A stretch of DNA of 64,000 nucleotides, taken from assembly GCA_002434045.1 (NCBI GenBank), contig DJJI01000003.1, positions 997 to 64,996 on the forward strand, given 5' to 3'. The stretch comes from Candidatus Saccharibacteria bacterium UBA6572. GTDB taxonomy: Bacteria > Patescibacteriota > Saccharimonadia > Saccharimonadales > Saccharimonadaceae. Every line of letters begins with the position of its first letter. The first letter of the stretch is position 1. A program made the translations under genes and the position numbers. Below, in pieces: positions 46,699-56,655 of this stretch. The notes beneath the pieces were generated by a model. It ran no database searches, was not told where the DNA came from, and saw only the letters and a list, made by a program, of their open reading frames with translations.

Positions 46699-47136
46699 AT
46701 GCTACCTGACGTCTCGGCCTACTTCATCGCAACAGGACTTGCGTTTGCACTTGCGCAGGGTATCAAGTACTTCCTAAATCGTCACTCAAAGGGCGGGGGT
46801 AACTGGCGACAGCTTTATATGTCGGGGCGTATGCCAAGCGCCCACACGGCCACGATGGTAGCGCTGGCGACCGTGGTTGGCGTTCGCGACGGTGTAGAGT
46901 CTGGGCTATTCGCCGTGACGGCTGTTATTGCACTTATAACCGCATACGACTCTATGATGTCGCGTCGCTCTGCTGGTGAGCAGGGGGTAGCGCTACGCAA
47001 GCTTCTTGAGAAATCACCGTTCGCAAAAGATCCACTGCCGTACGTGGCGCTCGGTCATAAGCCTCTCGAGGTAGCAGCCGGTGCATTACTTGGATTTCTC
47101 ATCGGTTTAAGCGTTGCATTTTTAATAACGAAATAA
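46699..47136 (+). CDS. Divergent PAP2 family membrane protein (DUF212)
   Basis: GRMPSAHTATMVALATVVG and a later SRRSAGE...GHKPLEV pattern; 145 aa with 3-4 TMs. Confidence 0.7.
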   Translation: MLPDVSAYFIATGLAFALAQGIKYFLNRHSKGGGNWRQLYMSGRMPSAHTATMVALATVVGVRDGVESGLFAVTAVIALITAYDSMMSRRSAGEQGVALRKLLEKSPFAKDPLPYVALGHKPLEVAAGALLGFLIGLSVAFLITK

Positions 47137-47148
47137 GCCAGTTTACCC

Positions 47149-47177
47149 CTTGACGTAGCTGTGCTATCAGAGTATGA
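47149..47177 (+). promoter_or_regulatory. Candidate 16S rRNA promoter
   Basis: TTGACG (47149-47154), a 17-nt spacer, then TATGAT (47172-47177), about 105 nt upstream of the mature 16S 5' end. Confidence 0.5.
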
Positions 47178-47282
47178 TGGATATCAGTCTGAGCGCTCAA
47201 GGGAGTAGTAACAGATATGAACGTTCACAATTTGGCAGTGCAAGTCAATTTCGTCAGCGCACTGTAGCGATACAGTGCATCT

Positions 47283-48801
<1,519 letters not shown>

Positions 48802-48980
48802 TAGGGAGAAACTATGCCTGCTTATCGAGAAATCATAAGTAGAGCTAGGTCGGTCTTGTTGTTATGCTGAGCTTACATAACAACCTATCCCTTCGGGGAA
48901 AGACAAAGTTCACCTTTTACTTGTCAGTAATGATAAGAACCCTGACGAATGACGCTTGCACTGCTAAGTTGTGAAACACT

Positions 48981-49010
48981 AAAAATACCGCCTTATAGGG
49001 CGGTATTTTT
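48981..49010 (+). terminator. Rho-independent terminator directly downstream of the 16S processing stem
   Basis: aaaataccgcc-ttatag-ggcggtatttt followed by t. Confidence 0.65.
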
Positions 49011-49021
49011 ATGTTAAAACC

Positions 49022-49051
49022 TTGCATTCACCTCTGTTTTTCTGGTACAAT
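49022..49051 (+). promoter_or_regulatory. Candidate promoter for the tRNA-Ala/tRNA-Ile unit
   Basis: TTGCAT (49022-49027), an 18-nt spacer containing TGg, then TACAAT (49046-49051). Confidence 0.45.
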
Positions 49052-49085
49052 GTCCTCTGACCTTCACGGTCGATCTTTTCTACTT

Positions 49086-49162
49086 GGGGCGTTAGCTCAG
49101 TTGGCTAGAGCACCTGCTTTGCAAGCAGGGGGTCCGGGGTTCGAGTCCCCGACGCTCCACCA
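49086..49162 (+). tRNA. tRNA-Ala (anticodon TGC)
   Basis: ggggcgt acceptor with G3:T70, anticodon loop ttTGCaa, T arm ccggggttcgagtccccg, and an encoded CCA. Confidence 0.95.
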
Positions 49163-49196
49163 AGTTTATTTTGAAAACACCACGTATTTGGTGTGT

Positions 49197-49231
49197 GGGC
49201 GATTAGCTCAGTTGGTTAGAGCGCGTCACTG
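49197..49231 (+). pseudogene. Truncated tRNA-Ile copy (5' half only: acceptor strand, D arm, 5' anticodon stem)
   Basis: gggcgattagctcagttggttagagcgcgtcactg is identical to 49269-49303 of the intact gene. With the preceding tgt, the perfect direct repeat is 38 nt (49194-49231 and 49266-49303). Identity breaks off exactly at the anticodon loop. Confidence 0.85.
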
Positions 49232-49268
49232 CTGTTTAACAATCGATATTATGCGTATTCTCACTTGT

Positions 49269-49345
49269 GGGCGATTAGCTCAGTTGGTTAGAGCGCGTCA
49301 CTGATAATGACGAGGTCGGAGGTTCAAATCCCTCATCGCCCACCA
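49269..49345 (+). tRNA. tRNA-Ile (anticodon GAT)
   Basis: gggcgat-ta-gctc-agttggtta-gagc-g-cgtca-ctGATaa-tgacg-aggtc-ggagg-ttcaaat-ccctc-atcgccc-a-cca. It is flanked by complementary segments attctcac / gtgagaat. Confidence 0.95.
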
Positions 49346-49816
49346 GTGAGAATGCACATCAATCGTTAACACACACGCCTGAAAGGCGCAGTGTAATGAC
49401 TCGGCCGAAGCACGACTGTGTCGCGCGCCAGAGGCGAACAGATCCCATGCCTTCGGCGCGTTTCACGAACATCACCCACCAGATATGTGGTGTTTTATTT
49501 TGTTTTGTGCAAAATAAATGAAGTAGAATAATCAACACTTTAGTCAAAATCATAGATCTGTTTACGTGCGAGCATTTCAGTATGTATGTGTAGCTCAATA
49601 CACTACAAATAAACGATCCTCTTGAGACAAAAACCAATCATAAGAATAAAATAAAAATGTAATATTAACATCGAAATTAGGCAAATCATTACATTCCACA
49701 AAGCGCAAACTGGCACAGATTGTCCACCACTGTTTTGAGTGAGTGAAAAGACTACTTTTTTTATTCAGCAAAGCGTATACTAAACCCAAGCCACAAAACA
49801 GAAAAAACCTAAAAAA

Positions 49817-52800
49817 ATGGAAAACAAAGATTATTCAACGACAGGTTCGTCGTTGGGGGACCTAAATGGTAACCCAGGGGTTTCTGTTGCTCAACAACCT
49901 GTCACTTCAGCGGGTACGACGTCAGTTTCTGGTGGCGCTACGCAGCCAGGCCTATCTGTGAAGGTTGGCAAAGGACTGCCAAGTTCATGGAAGTTGATCG
50001 TTGTTAGCCTTCTTTTCATTGCGGGTCTTGCACTCGTAGGTTTTCTCGGATATCGACAGTACCAACAGGGACAGCTGAGTAATCCGGCGCAGAGCGCCGC
50101 CCCGGCGGATACCTATGCTATTCAAGATATTAACCTGGATGACCTTGTAGCATCTGGCGGTCTTGACCTTGCAACCTCGCAAGCACTGAGCGTGAATGGC
50201 CAGCTACGCACGAATAATTCACTCATTTTGACACCGACAGAACGTCCGAGCGACGGTAGTGCCGGACAACTCTACTATGACCAAGGTGAGAACGGACTGG
50301 CGTTCTTTAACGGTACAGAGTTCGTCAGTGTTGCGTCAGAACAGGATCTGACAGAGCTTCGCACCCAACTACAGGGTGTCCAGGCAAGCATACCGACGAT
50401 TCCAAACATCCCAACTATCCCATCAGATTTGGCAACTCTCGGATCGCAAAACGTTTTCCAAGGATTAAACTCGTTCAATGGTGGGCTCAATACTGCCAAC
50501 CTCACAGTTAGCGGTAGCGCTGCCCTGCAGGGCAGCCTGACAGTAAATGGTCCAGCTACTCTCGGCGCGACAACGATGTCGAGTCTACTGCTTTCATCTC
50601 CACTCAGTGTGAGCTCTGGAGGGACAGGTACTACAAACCTTACAAACAACGGTGTCTTGATCGGTCAGGGAACGAGCCCGATTTCGGCTGTAACAGCAGG
50701 AGGCGCTGGACTCTGTCTGTTATCAACAGCCGGGGCGCCAGCGTTCTCAGCGTGTCCGGGTGGGGGTGGTTCAGGCGTTAACTCGCTTAACGCCTTGATA
50801 GGTGACCTGACTATCGCGAACAGTAGTGCTGCAGGCACGGTTATCACGATCAATGACGCATCGACGAGCGCCAAGGGCATAGCGAGCTTTAACGCTGGTA
50901 ATTTCATCGTCACAAGTGGCGCGGTCAATACTGTGCAAGATATCAGTGTCACCGCATCACCGACATTTGCGAATGTAACAGCTACAACACTCTCCGGTAG
51001 CGGTAGCGGGGTCACGAATCTGAACGCGAGTAACGTGAGCAGTGGAACTCTTGGTGACGGGCGTCTTAGCGTGAATGTGCCGCTGCTCGGCGCGGCGACA
51101 AACAACTTCACTGGCACGCTCCAGCAAGCGGGCAATACCGTCTGTGACAACTCAAATAACTGTGGATATTTGACTGGCTCGGCAGCTGATGGTTCATACG
51201 TACAACTTCAGGTCGGTACCCCTGGAACGGCACAGACCGGACATTTTAATATCACTGGTACTGGTATCGCCAATGCCTTAACCGCCGTGACACTAGCTGG
51301 TAACGGAGCTGCTGTGACAAACGTGAACGCTGCTCAGCTGAATAGTCAAGCGCCGAGCTATTACCTCAACGCGACTAACTTGTCTGCTGGTACGCTTAAT
51401 GACGCACGCTTGAGTGCAAATGTCGCCCTCCTGAACGCGGCAACAAACAACTTCACCGGCACGCTCCAGCGAGCTGGGAACGATGTCTGTGACAACTCAA
51501 ACAACTGTAATTATCTAACAGGGAGCGCCGCTAACGGTGCCTACGTTCAGCTGCAGGTTAGTACCCCTGGAACGGCACAGACCGGACATTTTAATATCAC
51601 TGGTACGGGACGCGCTGCTGCTCTTTACCAAAACGGAAACCAAGTCTGTGACACGACCGGTAACTGTGCAGGCCTCGGTGGTAGTTTGACGGGTTCGGGC
51701 ACGACAGGAACTATTGCAAAATTTACAGCTAGTGGAAACCTCGGTGACTCACTGCTCACGGAGAGCGGAAGCGTGATAACCGTTAACGGTGATCTGTTCG
51801 CTGATAGTTTCGATGGAGATGGTTCAGCTGTTACAAACGTAAATGCAGCCCAACTTGGTGGACAAGTTGCTGGCTACTACCTCAATGCAACAAATATTAG
51901 TTCAGGTACGTTGTCGGACTCGCGACTTAGTGCGAATGTTACGATACAAGGTAATACCTTTAACGGTGCGAACCAGTTGGTTCAGCTCAATGCCTCAAGT
52001 CAGTTACCGGCTTTGTCAGGTGCGTTACTTACGAATCTAAATGGTAGCGCAATCACGAGCGGTACCGTCGCAGACGCGCGTCTCAGCGCAAATATCCCAC
52101 TACTCAACGCCGCTACGAACAACTTCACCGGCGCGCTCCAGCAAGGTGGCAATGACGTGTGTGACGACTCGAATAACTGTAATTACCTAACAGGATCGGC
52201 AGCCAATGGCGCATATATCCAGCTACAGGGCACAACTCCGGGATCGGCACAGACAGGAAATATTAATATCACAGGCACCGCAATCGCCGGTAACTTCAGC
52301 GGCAATGGATCAGCGCTATCCAATCTCAACGCCAGTAACCTGGCTTCGGGATCGGTCGCGGATGTCCGTCTCAGTGCGAATGTTCCTCTGCTAAATGCCG
52401 CTACGAACAACTTCACGGGTACGATACAACAAGGCGGTAACGATGTCTGTGATGACTCCAATAACTGTAACTATCTCACCGGTAGTGCAGCAAACGGGCT
52501 GTACGTGCAATTACAGGGAGCAACTCCTGGCAGTGCTCAGACAGGTCACTTAAACATTACTGGCACCGCGATCGCCGCAAACTTTAGTGGTAATGGCTCC
52601 GCCCTAACAAGCTTGAACGGTACTAATATCAGTTCTGGCACCGTTGCTGACGCACGACTTACGAGTAATGTGACACTCCAAGGCAATACGTTTAACGGTG
52701 TGAGCCAGTTGGTTCAAACCGACGGCTCAGGGCAATTACCAGCTCTTTCCGGGGTACTGCTCACGAGTCTCAATGGTAGTAATATCGCGTCTGGCACCGT

Positions 52801-54616
52801 TGCTGACGCACGTCTCAGTGCAAACGTCGCGCTCCTCAACGCAGCGACCGTGAACTTCACCGGCACCCTCCAACGGGCTGGTAGCAACGTGTGTACCGCA
52901 AGCGGTAACTGTACGAGCGTGACAGCTATTGGCGCACTCGATGGGGGAACGGCAAATGCGACAGGCGCAACCTTATCAAGTAATACATTATATCTACAGA
53001 GTGCGAGCGCGACATACGCTGGATTGGTCAACACTTCTTCTCAGAGTTTTGCAGGTGTGAAGACGTTTACGAACGGGGCCGTACTCTCAGCTGATCAGTC
53101 GCTGACACTATCGAGCTCAACTGGTAACAGCGCTCTACTGTCGGTCGGTGGTCTCAACAGCGCAGCCCTTACCGTCGATACATCTGCCTCAACTGGCTCA
53201 CTACGCGTGGCGATCGGCGTGCCGGGAACCTGTGGAACGGGCCGGTTCTGCGTGAACCAGGGCGTTACTTCATCGTCGGGTGGCGGACCGTTCACGAATT
53301 CACAGAACATCCTAGATATAAACAGAACATCCGCATCAGCGATCACATTTACCGGGCAACGCGTGAGGGTTAACGATGTGACAACCGGTGGAGTAGCAAA
53401 TAATATACAGGGCTTCATCGTTGATTCACGTGCGGGTACGACCAATAACTCAGCGACGATCAACAGCTACATGGCAGATATCTCGAGTAGCCATGGTGGC
53501 AACTTCCTTTGGCTGCAGCACAATGGCTCGACGAACGTCTTTACGGTGACGAACGCTGGCAACCTGACGACGAACGGCACAGGAGCCTTCACTGGCAATC
53601 TGACAACGAGTGGGAATCTCGGCGCTAACAATGCGTCACCTAACTTCCGCCTGACGGTAAATTCCCAAGGTACAGGTACGCATAACTCAGCAGCTTATAT
53701 TAATACTGGTTCAGCGAGTGACACTGGACTTATTATCCAAGGGGTTTCAGGCCAATCTGGTAATTATCTCACAGTGAAGTCATCCTCGGGTGGTGTGGTT
53801 GCGAGCATTAGCGCCTCAGCAGGGAGCTTCTATAATGCTGGTAGTTACTCAGCGGGAAATGGCCAGTTTATTTCTGAGGACGGTGTCGGATCGAGCAGCA
53901 CGAGCGTTATCGTGCGAAGTGGTGGTGCGACTGGCGGCAGCTCAACGACCGGTGACGTCACAATACGGAGTGGAAACGGTACTAGTGGCGCTTCGTCCGG
54001 TAATATCATCATCGATAGCGGTAATGCTGCAGGAACAACCGGGGCGGTTAGTATCGCGGCTAGCAACGCTAGCGCGCTAGCGTTAGGACGTTCAGGGATC
54101 ACGACAACCTTTGCTGGTAATACTCTCTATAATGGCTCGAACAATACAATCAGCGTCAACTCGGCAACTGCACTGTTGATACAGAACACGAGCGCAACCG
54201 CGCTGTTTACCGCCAACACCAGTACGATGACAGTCACGGTTAGATCGCTCGACGTAACACTGAACCTAACGGTCAATGGACATCTCATCAGCGGTGGTAC
54301 GGCGCCAGGTATCTCAGCTGGGACGGCAGCGTGTACGAGTCCAACGGTATCAGTTTCAGGAACTGATACATCCGGTCGCATCACCGTTAAGACTGGTACC
54401 GGATGTGCTTCTGGAGGAAGGCTGGCAACGATAACTTTCGCAACTGCGTTCGGCGCAGCTCCAAGAGTGACACTCACCCCGGCAAGTCAAAATGCGGCAG
54501 GTCTCACGACGTATATCGACGATTCAACGATCAGCACAACGGCATTTGACCTCTCGACGACCACAACCGCGGCGAACAGCACGACATACCGTTGGTACTA
54601 CCACGTCATTCAGTAA
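49817..54616 (+). CDS. Giant N-terminally anchored surface protein with tail-fibre-like repeats and a lectin-like C-terminal domain
   Basis: 1599-aa ORF with a single TM near the N-terminus (WKLIVVSLLFIAGLALVGFLGY). It carries five copies of a ~65-aa module RLSANV.LLNAATNNFTG.LQ..GNDVCD.SNNCNYLTGSAANG.YVQLQ..TPG.AQTGH.NITGT, interspersed SGT(L/V).D.RLS motifs, a Ser/Thr/Gly/Asn-rich beta-type sequence, and a C-terminus ITFATAFGAAPRVTLTP...TAFDLS...YRWYYHVIQ. Confidence 0.85.
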   Translation: MENKDYSTTGSSLGDLNGNPGVSVAQQPVTSAGTTSVSGGATQPGLSVKVGKGLPSSWKLIVVSLLFIAGLALVGFLGYRQYQQGQLSNPAQSAAPADTYAIQDINLDDLVASGGLDLATSQALSVNGQLRTNNSLILTPTERPSDGSAGQLYYDQGENGLAFFNGTEFVSVASEQDLTELRTQLQGVQASIPTIPNIPTIPSDLATLGSQNVFQGLNSFNGGLNTANLTVSGSAALQGSLTVNGPATLGATTMSSLLLSSPLSVSSGGTGTTNLTNNGVLIGQGTSPISAVTAGGAGLCLLSTAGAPAFSACPGGGGSGVNSLNALIGDLTIANSSAAGTVITINDASTSAKGIASFNAGNFIVTSGAVNTVQDISVTASPTFANVTATTLSGSGSGVTNLNASNVSSGTLGDGRLSVNVPLLGAATNNFTGTLQQAGNTVCDNSNNCGYLTGSAADGSYVQLQVGTPGTAQTGHFNITGTGIANALTAVTLAGNGAAVTNVNAAQLNSQAPSYYLNATNLSAGTLNDARLSANVALLNAATNNFTGTLQRAGNDVCDNSNNCNYLTGSAANGAYVQLQVSTPGTAQTGHFNITGTGRAAALYQNGNQVCDTTGNCAGLGGSLTGSGTTGTIAKFTASGNLGDSLLTESGSVITVNGDLFADSFDGDGSAVTNVNAAQLGGQVAGYYLNATNISSGTLSDSRLSANVTIQGNTFNGANQLVQLNASSQLPALSGALLTNLNGSAITSGTVADARLSANIPLLNAATNNFTGALQQGGNDVCDDSNNCNYLTGSAANGAYIQLQGTTPGSAQTGNINITGTAIAGNFSGNGSALSNLNASNLASGSVADVRLSANVPLLNAATNNFTGTIQQGGNDVCDDSNNCNYLTGSAANGLYVQLQGATPGSAQTGHLNITGTAIAANFSGNGSALTSLNGTNISSGTVADARLTSNVTLQGNTFNGVSQLVQTDGSGQLPALSGVLLTSLNGSNIASGTVADARLSANVALLNAATVNFTGTLQRAGSNVCTASGNCTSVTAIGALDGGTANATGATLSSNTLYLQSASATYAGLVNTSSQSFAGVKTFTNGAVLSADQSLTLSSSTGNSALLSVGGLNSAALTVDTSASTGSLRVAIGVPGTCGTGRFCVNQGVTSSSGGGPFTNSQNILDINRTSASAITFTGQRVRVNDVTTGGVANNIQGFIVDSRAGTTNNSATINSYMADISSSHGGNFLWLQHNGSTNVFTVTNAGNLTTNGTGAFTGNLTTSGNLGANNASPNFRLTVNSQGTGTHNSAAYINTGSASDTGLIIQGVSGQSGNYLTVKSSSGGVVASISASAGSFYNAGSYSAGNGQFISEDGVGSSSTSVIVRSGGATGGSSTTGDVTIRSGNGTSGASSGNIIIDSGNAAGTTGAVSIAASNASALALGRSGITTTFAGNTLYNGSNNTISVNSATALLIQNTSATALFTANTSTMTVTVRSLDVTLNLTVNGHLISGGTAPGISAGTAACTSPTVSVSGTDTSGRITVKTGTGCASGGRLATITFATAFGAAPRVTLTPASQNAAGLTTYIDDSTISTTAFDLSTTTTAANSTTYRWYYHVIQ
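51062..52910 (+). repeat. Intragenic repeat array of the giant surface protein (5 module copies, irregular spacing)
   Basis: Module cores start near 51062, 51416, 52078, 52367 and 52811. A perfect 46-nt repeat gtacccctggaacggcacagaccggacattttaatatcactggtac occurs at 51216-51261 and 51561-51606. Confidence 0.85.
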
Positions 54617-54662
54617 AACAGAGGTAATCAGCAAGGGTGGCTATGCTACAATCATTAGCAGT

Positions 54663-55478
54663 ATGAGTAGAAAATACATCGTAAAACGAAACCTTTGGGT
54701 GGCACTGGCGATGGCAGTATCTGCAGTCCCCGCTCTCGTGAGTGCAGAAGCAGCCATCTCGCAAGGGTTTACGTCTGATGAATCAATTCGGACAGGGGCG
54801 CTTGTCAGTTCTGTCAACGATGAAAAACGCATTGAGCCGGCATCGACCGATAACGGCGATAAACTACTTGGTGTGGCCGGCAAGGATTCACTGGTTGAAT
54901 TATCTAATACCTCAACGCAGGTTCAGGTAGTGACGAGCGGTCTGACACAAACATTCGTTAGCGACATAAACGGTGAAGTCGAGGTCGGTGATCCGATCAC
55001 AGTCTCGCCACTAGTTGGTGTCGGCATGAAGGCGACCGAGAGCGGCTATGTTGTCGGGACGGCACGGGCAAATTTCTCAGAAATCTCAGATAAACAGCAG
55101 CATATCGTCAAGGACAAGAGTGGTAATGATAAACAAGTAAATGTTGCGTTGCTACCAATACAGGTAAACGTCATCTACTTCAGCAAAATGGATGACGAGA
55201 AATCAATCCTGCCCCAGTTCCTCATCAATATCGCCCAATCCGTGGCAGGCAAGGATGTTTCAGTTGCACGTATCCTGATCGCCATGCTAGTCCTGATGGC
55301 GGGAATCGGCTCGATCGGTGTCGTGCTTTATTCATCAGTACGGTCGAGTATTCTATCGATCGGTCGCAACCCGTTGGCAGCATCGGCGGTACACAAAAGC
55401 TTGCTCGAAGTATCTCTCCTTTCACTCGGCATCTTGCTTGTCATGCTCGGAGCGGTTTACTTGATTCTTGTCGTTTAG
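54663..55478 (+). CDS. Secreted/membrane protein: signal peptide, ~190-aa extracytoplasmic domain, and a C-terminal two-helix hairpin resembling an ATP synthase c subunit
   Basis: The start is at MSRKYIVKRNLWVALAMAVSAVPALVSAEA (signal peptide). The C-terminal 73 aa read ...LVLMAGIGSIGVVLYSSV-RSSILSIGRNPLAASAVHKS-LLEVSLLSLGILLVMLGAVYLILVV. The ORF track extension to 54492 overlaps the giant gene. Confidence 0.6.
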   Translation: MSRKYIVKRNLWVALAMAVSAVPALVSAEAAISQGFTSDESIRTGALVSSVNDEKRIEPASTDNGDKLLGVAGKDSLVELSNTSTQVQVVTSGLTQTFVSDINGEVEVGDPITVSPLVGVGMKATESGYVVGTARANFSEISDKQQHIVKDKSGNDKQVNVALLPIQVNVIYFSKMDDEKSILPQFLINIAQSVAGKDVSVARILIAMLVLMAGIGSIGVVLYSSVRSSILSIGRNPLAASAVHKSLLEVSLLSLGILLVMLGAVYLILVV

Positions 55479-55489
55479 TATCTGGCTGC

Positions 55490-56170
55490 GTGACAACGTT
55501 TACTCCTTATGGTTATTGGGGTATAGTAAGTCGTAGAGAAAAAAGGGGAAATAAAGGGGTGGATACACTACAAATCGTAATGTTGGCTGGGCTTATCCTG
55601 ATGGCCTGTATCAGCTTTGCGAGCCTTGCATGGGCTTCTTTCTTAGACGGTAAGTACCGTAATCGGCCGTCACCCAAGCACTACGCTGTTCATGTCGAGG
55701 GTGTGAATGTTTTCTCCGAAGAAGATATTGCAGCCGCCAAAGAAGAAGCACAGGCTGGTTTCCGCAAAGCGGTGACTGATTCCGTTGGCGCGATCGAGCC
55801 AGCATTGACATCGTCCATCAGCACTATCAGTGAGAAGGCCGAAGAGATGGCCAAGATCACATTGAGCCAAGAGTTTGAAAAGTATCAGAGCAGCTTTGCT
55901 GCCCTTCGTGAAGAGACGATAAAAGAGTTCGGCGAGCTCCAAAAACAAATCGATGCTCGACGCGATCAGCTCGTTATCGACATGGAAGCTCAGTTCAAGA
56001 AACAGCAAGCCGAACGGATGGACGCGTTCAATACTCGGATTGCAGATGTCGTATCAAGTTATCTGGTTGAAGCACTCGATAAAGGTGTCGACCTTGGCGC
56101 ACAGTCGAAATATATCATCCACACACTTGAGGCACACAAAGAAGACATCAAGAAAGATGTATTGTCGTGA
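55490..56170 (+). CDS. atpF: ATP synthase subunit b-like protein (single TM + long charged helix); start uncertain
   Basis: TM MLAGLILMACISFASLAWASF followed by about 170 aa of Glu/Lys/Ala/Gln-rich predicted helix. The stop overlaps the delta start (GTGA). Alternative starts are GTG 55559 (10 nt after AAAAGGGG) and ATG 55580. The call rests on architecture and position. Confidence 0.5.
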   Translation: MTTFTPYGYWGIVSRREKRGNKGVDTLQIVMLAGLILMACISFASLAWASFLDGKYRNRPSPKHYAVHVEGVNVFSEEDIAAAKEEAQAGFRKAVTDSVGAIEPALTSSISTISEKAEEMAKITLSQEFEKYQSSFAALREETIKEFGELQKQIDARRDQLVIDMEAQFKKQQAERMDAFNTRIADVVSSYLVEALDKGVDLGAQSKYIIHTLEAHKEDIKKDVLS

Positions 56171-56655
56171 GTGCTCGTCTGCCTGTCGATGTTTACTCCC
56201 CCGATCAGATCGGGATTGTGCTTTGGGAGCTCGATAAGCTAATAAGCGCTCTGAGGGATACAAACACGAGAAGTGTGGTGACGGGAAGCGAGTCTGTAGC
56301 TGCTGAGCATCATGTGTCAGCGTTGCTACTTGGTGTCCTGCGGACATCTGGTATCTCTGAACGTGACCAGGTGGCGCTTGAGTCGCTCCAAGCGGAACTC
56401 CAAACGGTCCGCAGCTCGGCTCCTGTAGCCCATTTTTTACTATCAGCGCTCCCAAACCGTAATTTCAAACGAGAGCTTGTGGCGTGGTGTCGTCAGAATT
56501 TGCACGAGAACCTGCTCGTAACATTCGCGACCAGAGGTGATCTCGGTGGTGGGTTTGTGCTCAGGGTTGGCTCAAAGCAATATGATTTCACCTATCGGGC
56601 ACAGCTGTTAAATGATAAGAAACGGCTCGTGGAGATCTTTGACAATGTACGATAA
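56167..56655 (+). CDS. atpH: ATP synthase subunit delta (OSCP)
   Basis: 162 aa with the C-terminal pattern ...LLVTFATRGDLGGGFVLRVGSKQYDFTYRAQL typical of OSCP/delta, and a position between the b-like gene and alpha. Confidence 0.7.
   Translation: MSARLPVDVYSPDQIGIVLWELDKLISALRDTNTRSVVTGSESVAAEHHVSALLLGVLRTSGISERDQVALESLQAELQTVRSSAPVAHFLLSALPNRNFKRELVAWCRQNLHENLLVTFATRGDLGGGFVLRVGSKQYDFTYRAQLLNDKKRLVEIFDNVR

Noticed and set aside
49011-49304. 97-aa ORF spanning tRNA-Ala and the tRNA-Ile copies
   Set aside because: Its sequence is simply the translation of the tRNA genes (the repeated GRLAQLVRARH reflects the duplicated tRNA-Ile 5' half).
49346-49816. Remnant of 23S rRNA or a group I intron after tRNA-Ile
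   Set aside because: No conserved 23S 5' sequence is recognisable. The region is very AT-rich with only terminator-like hairpins.
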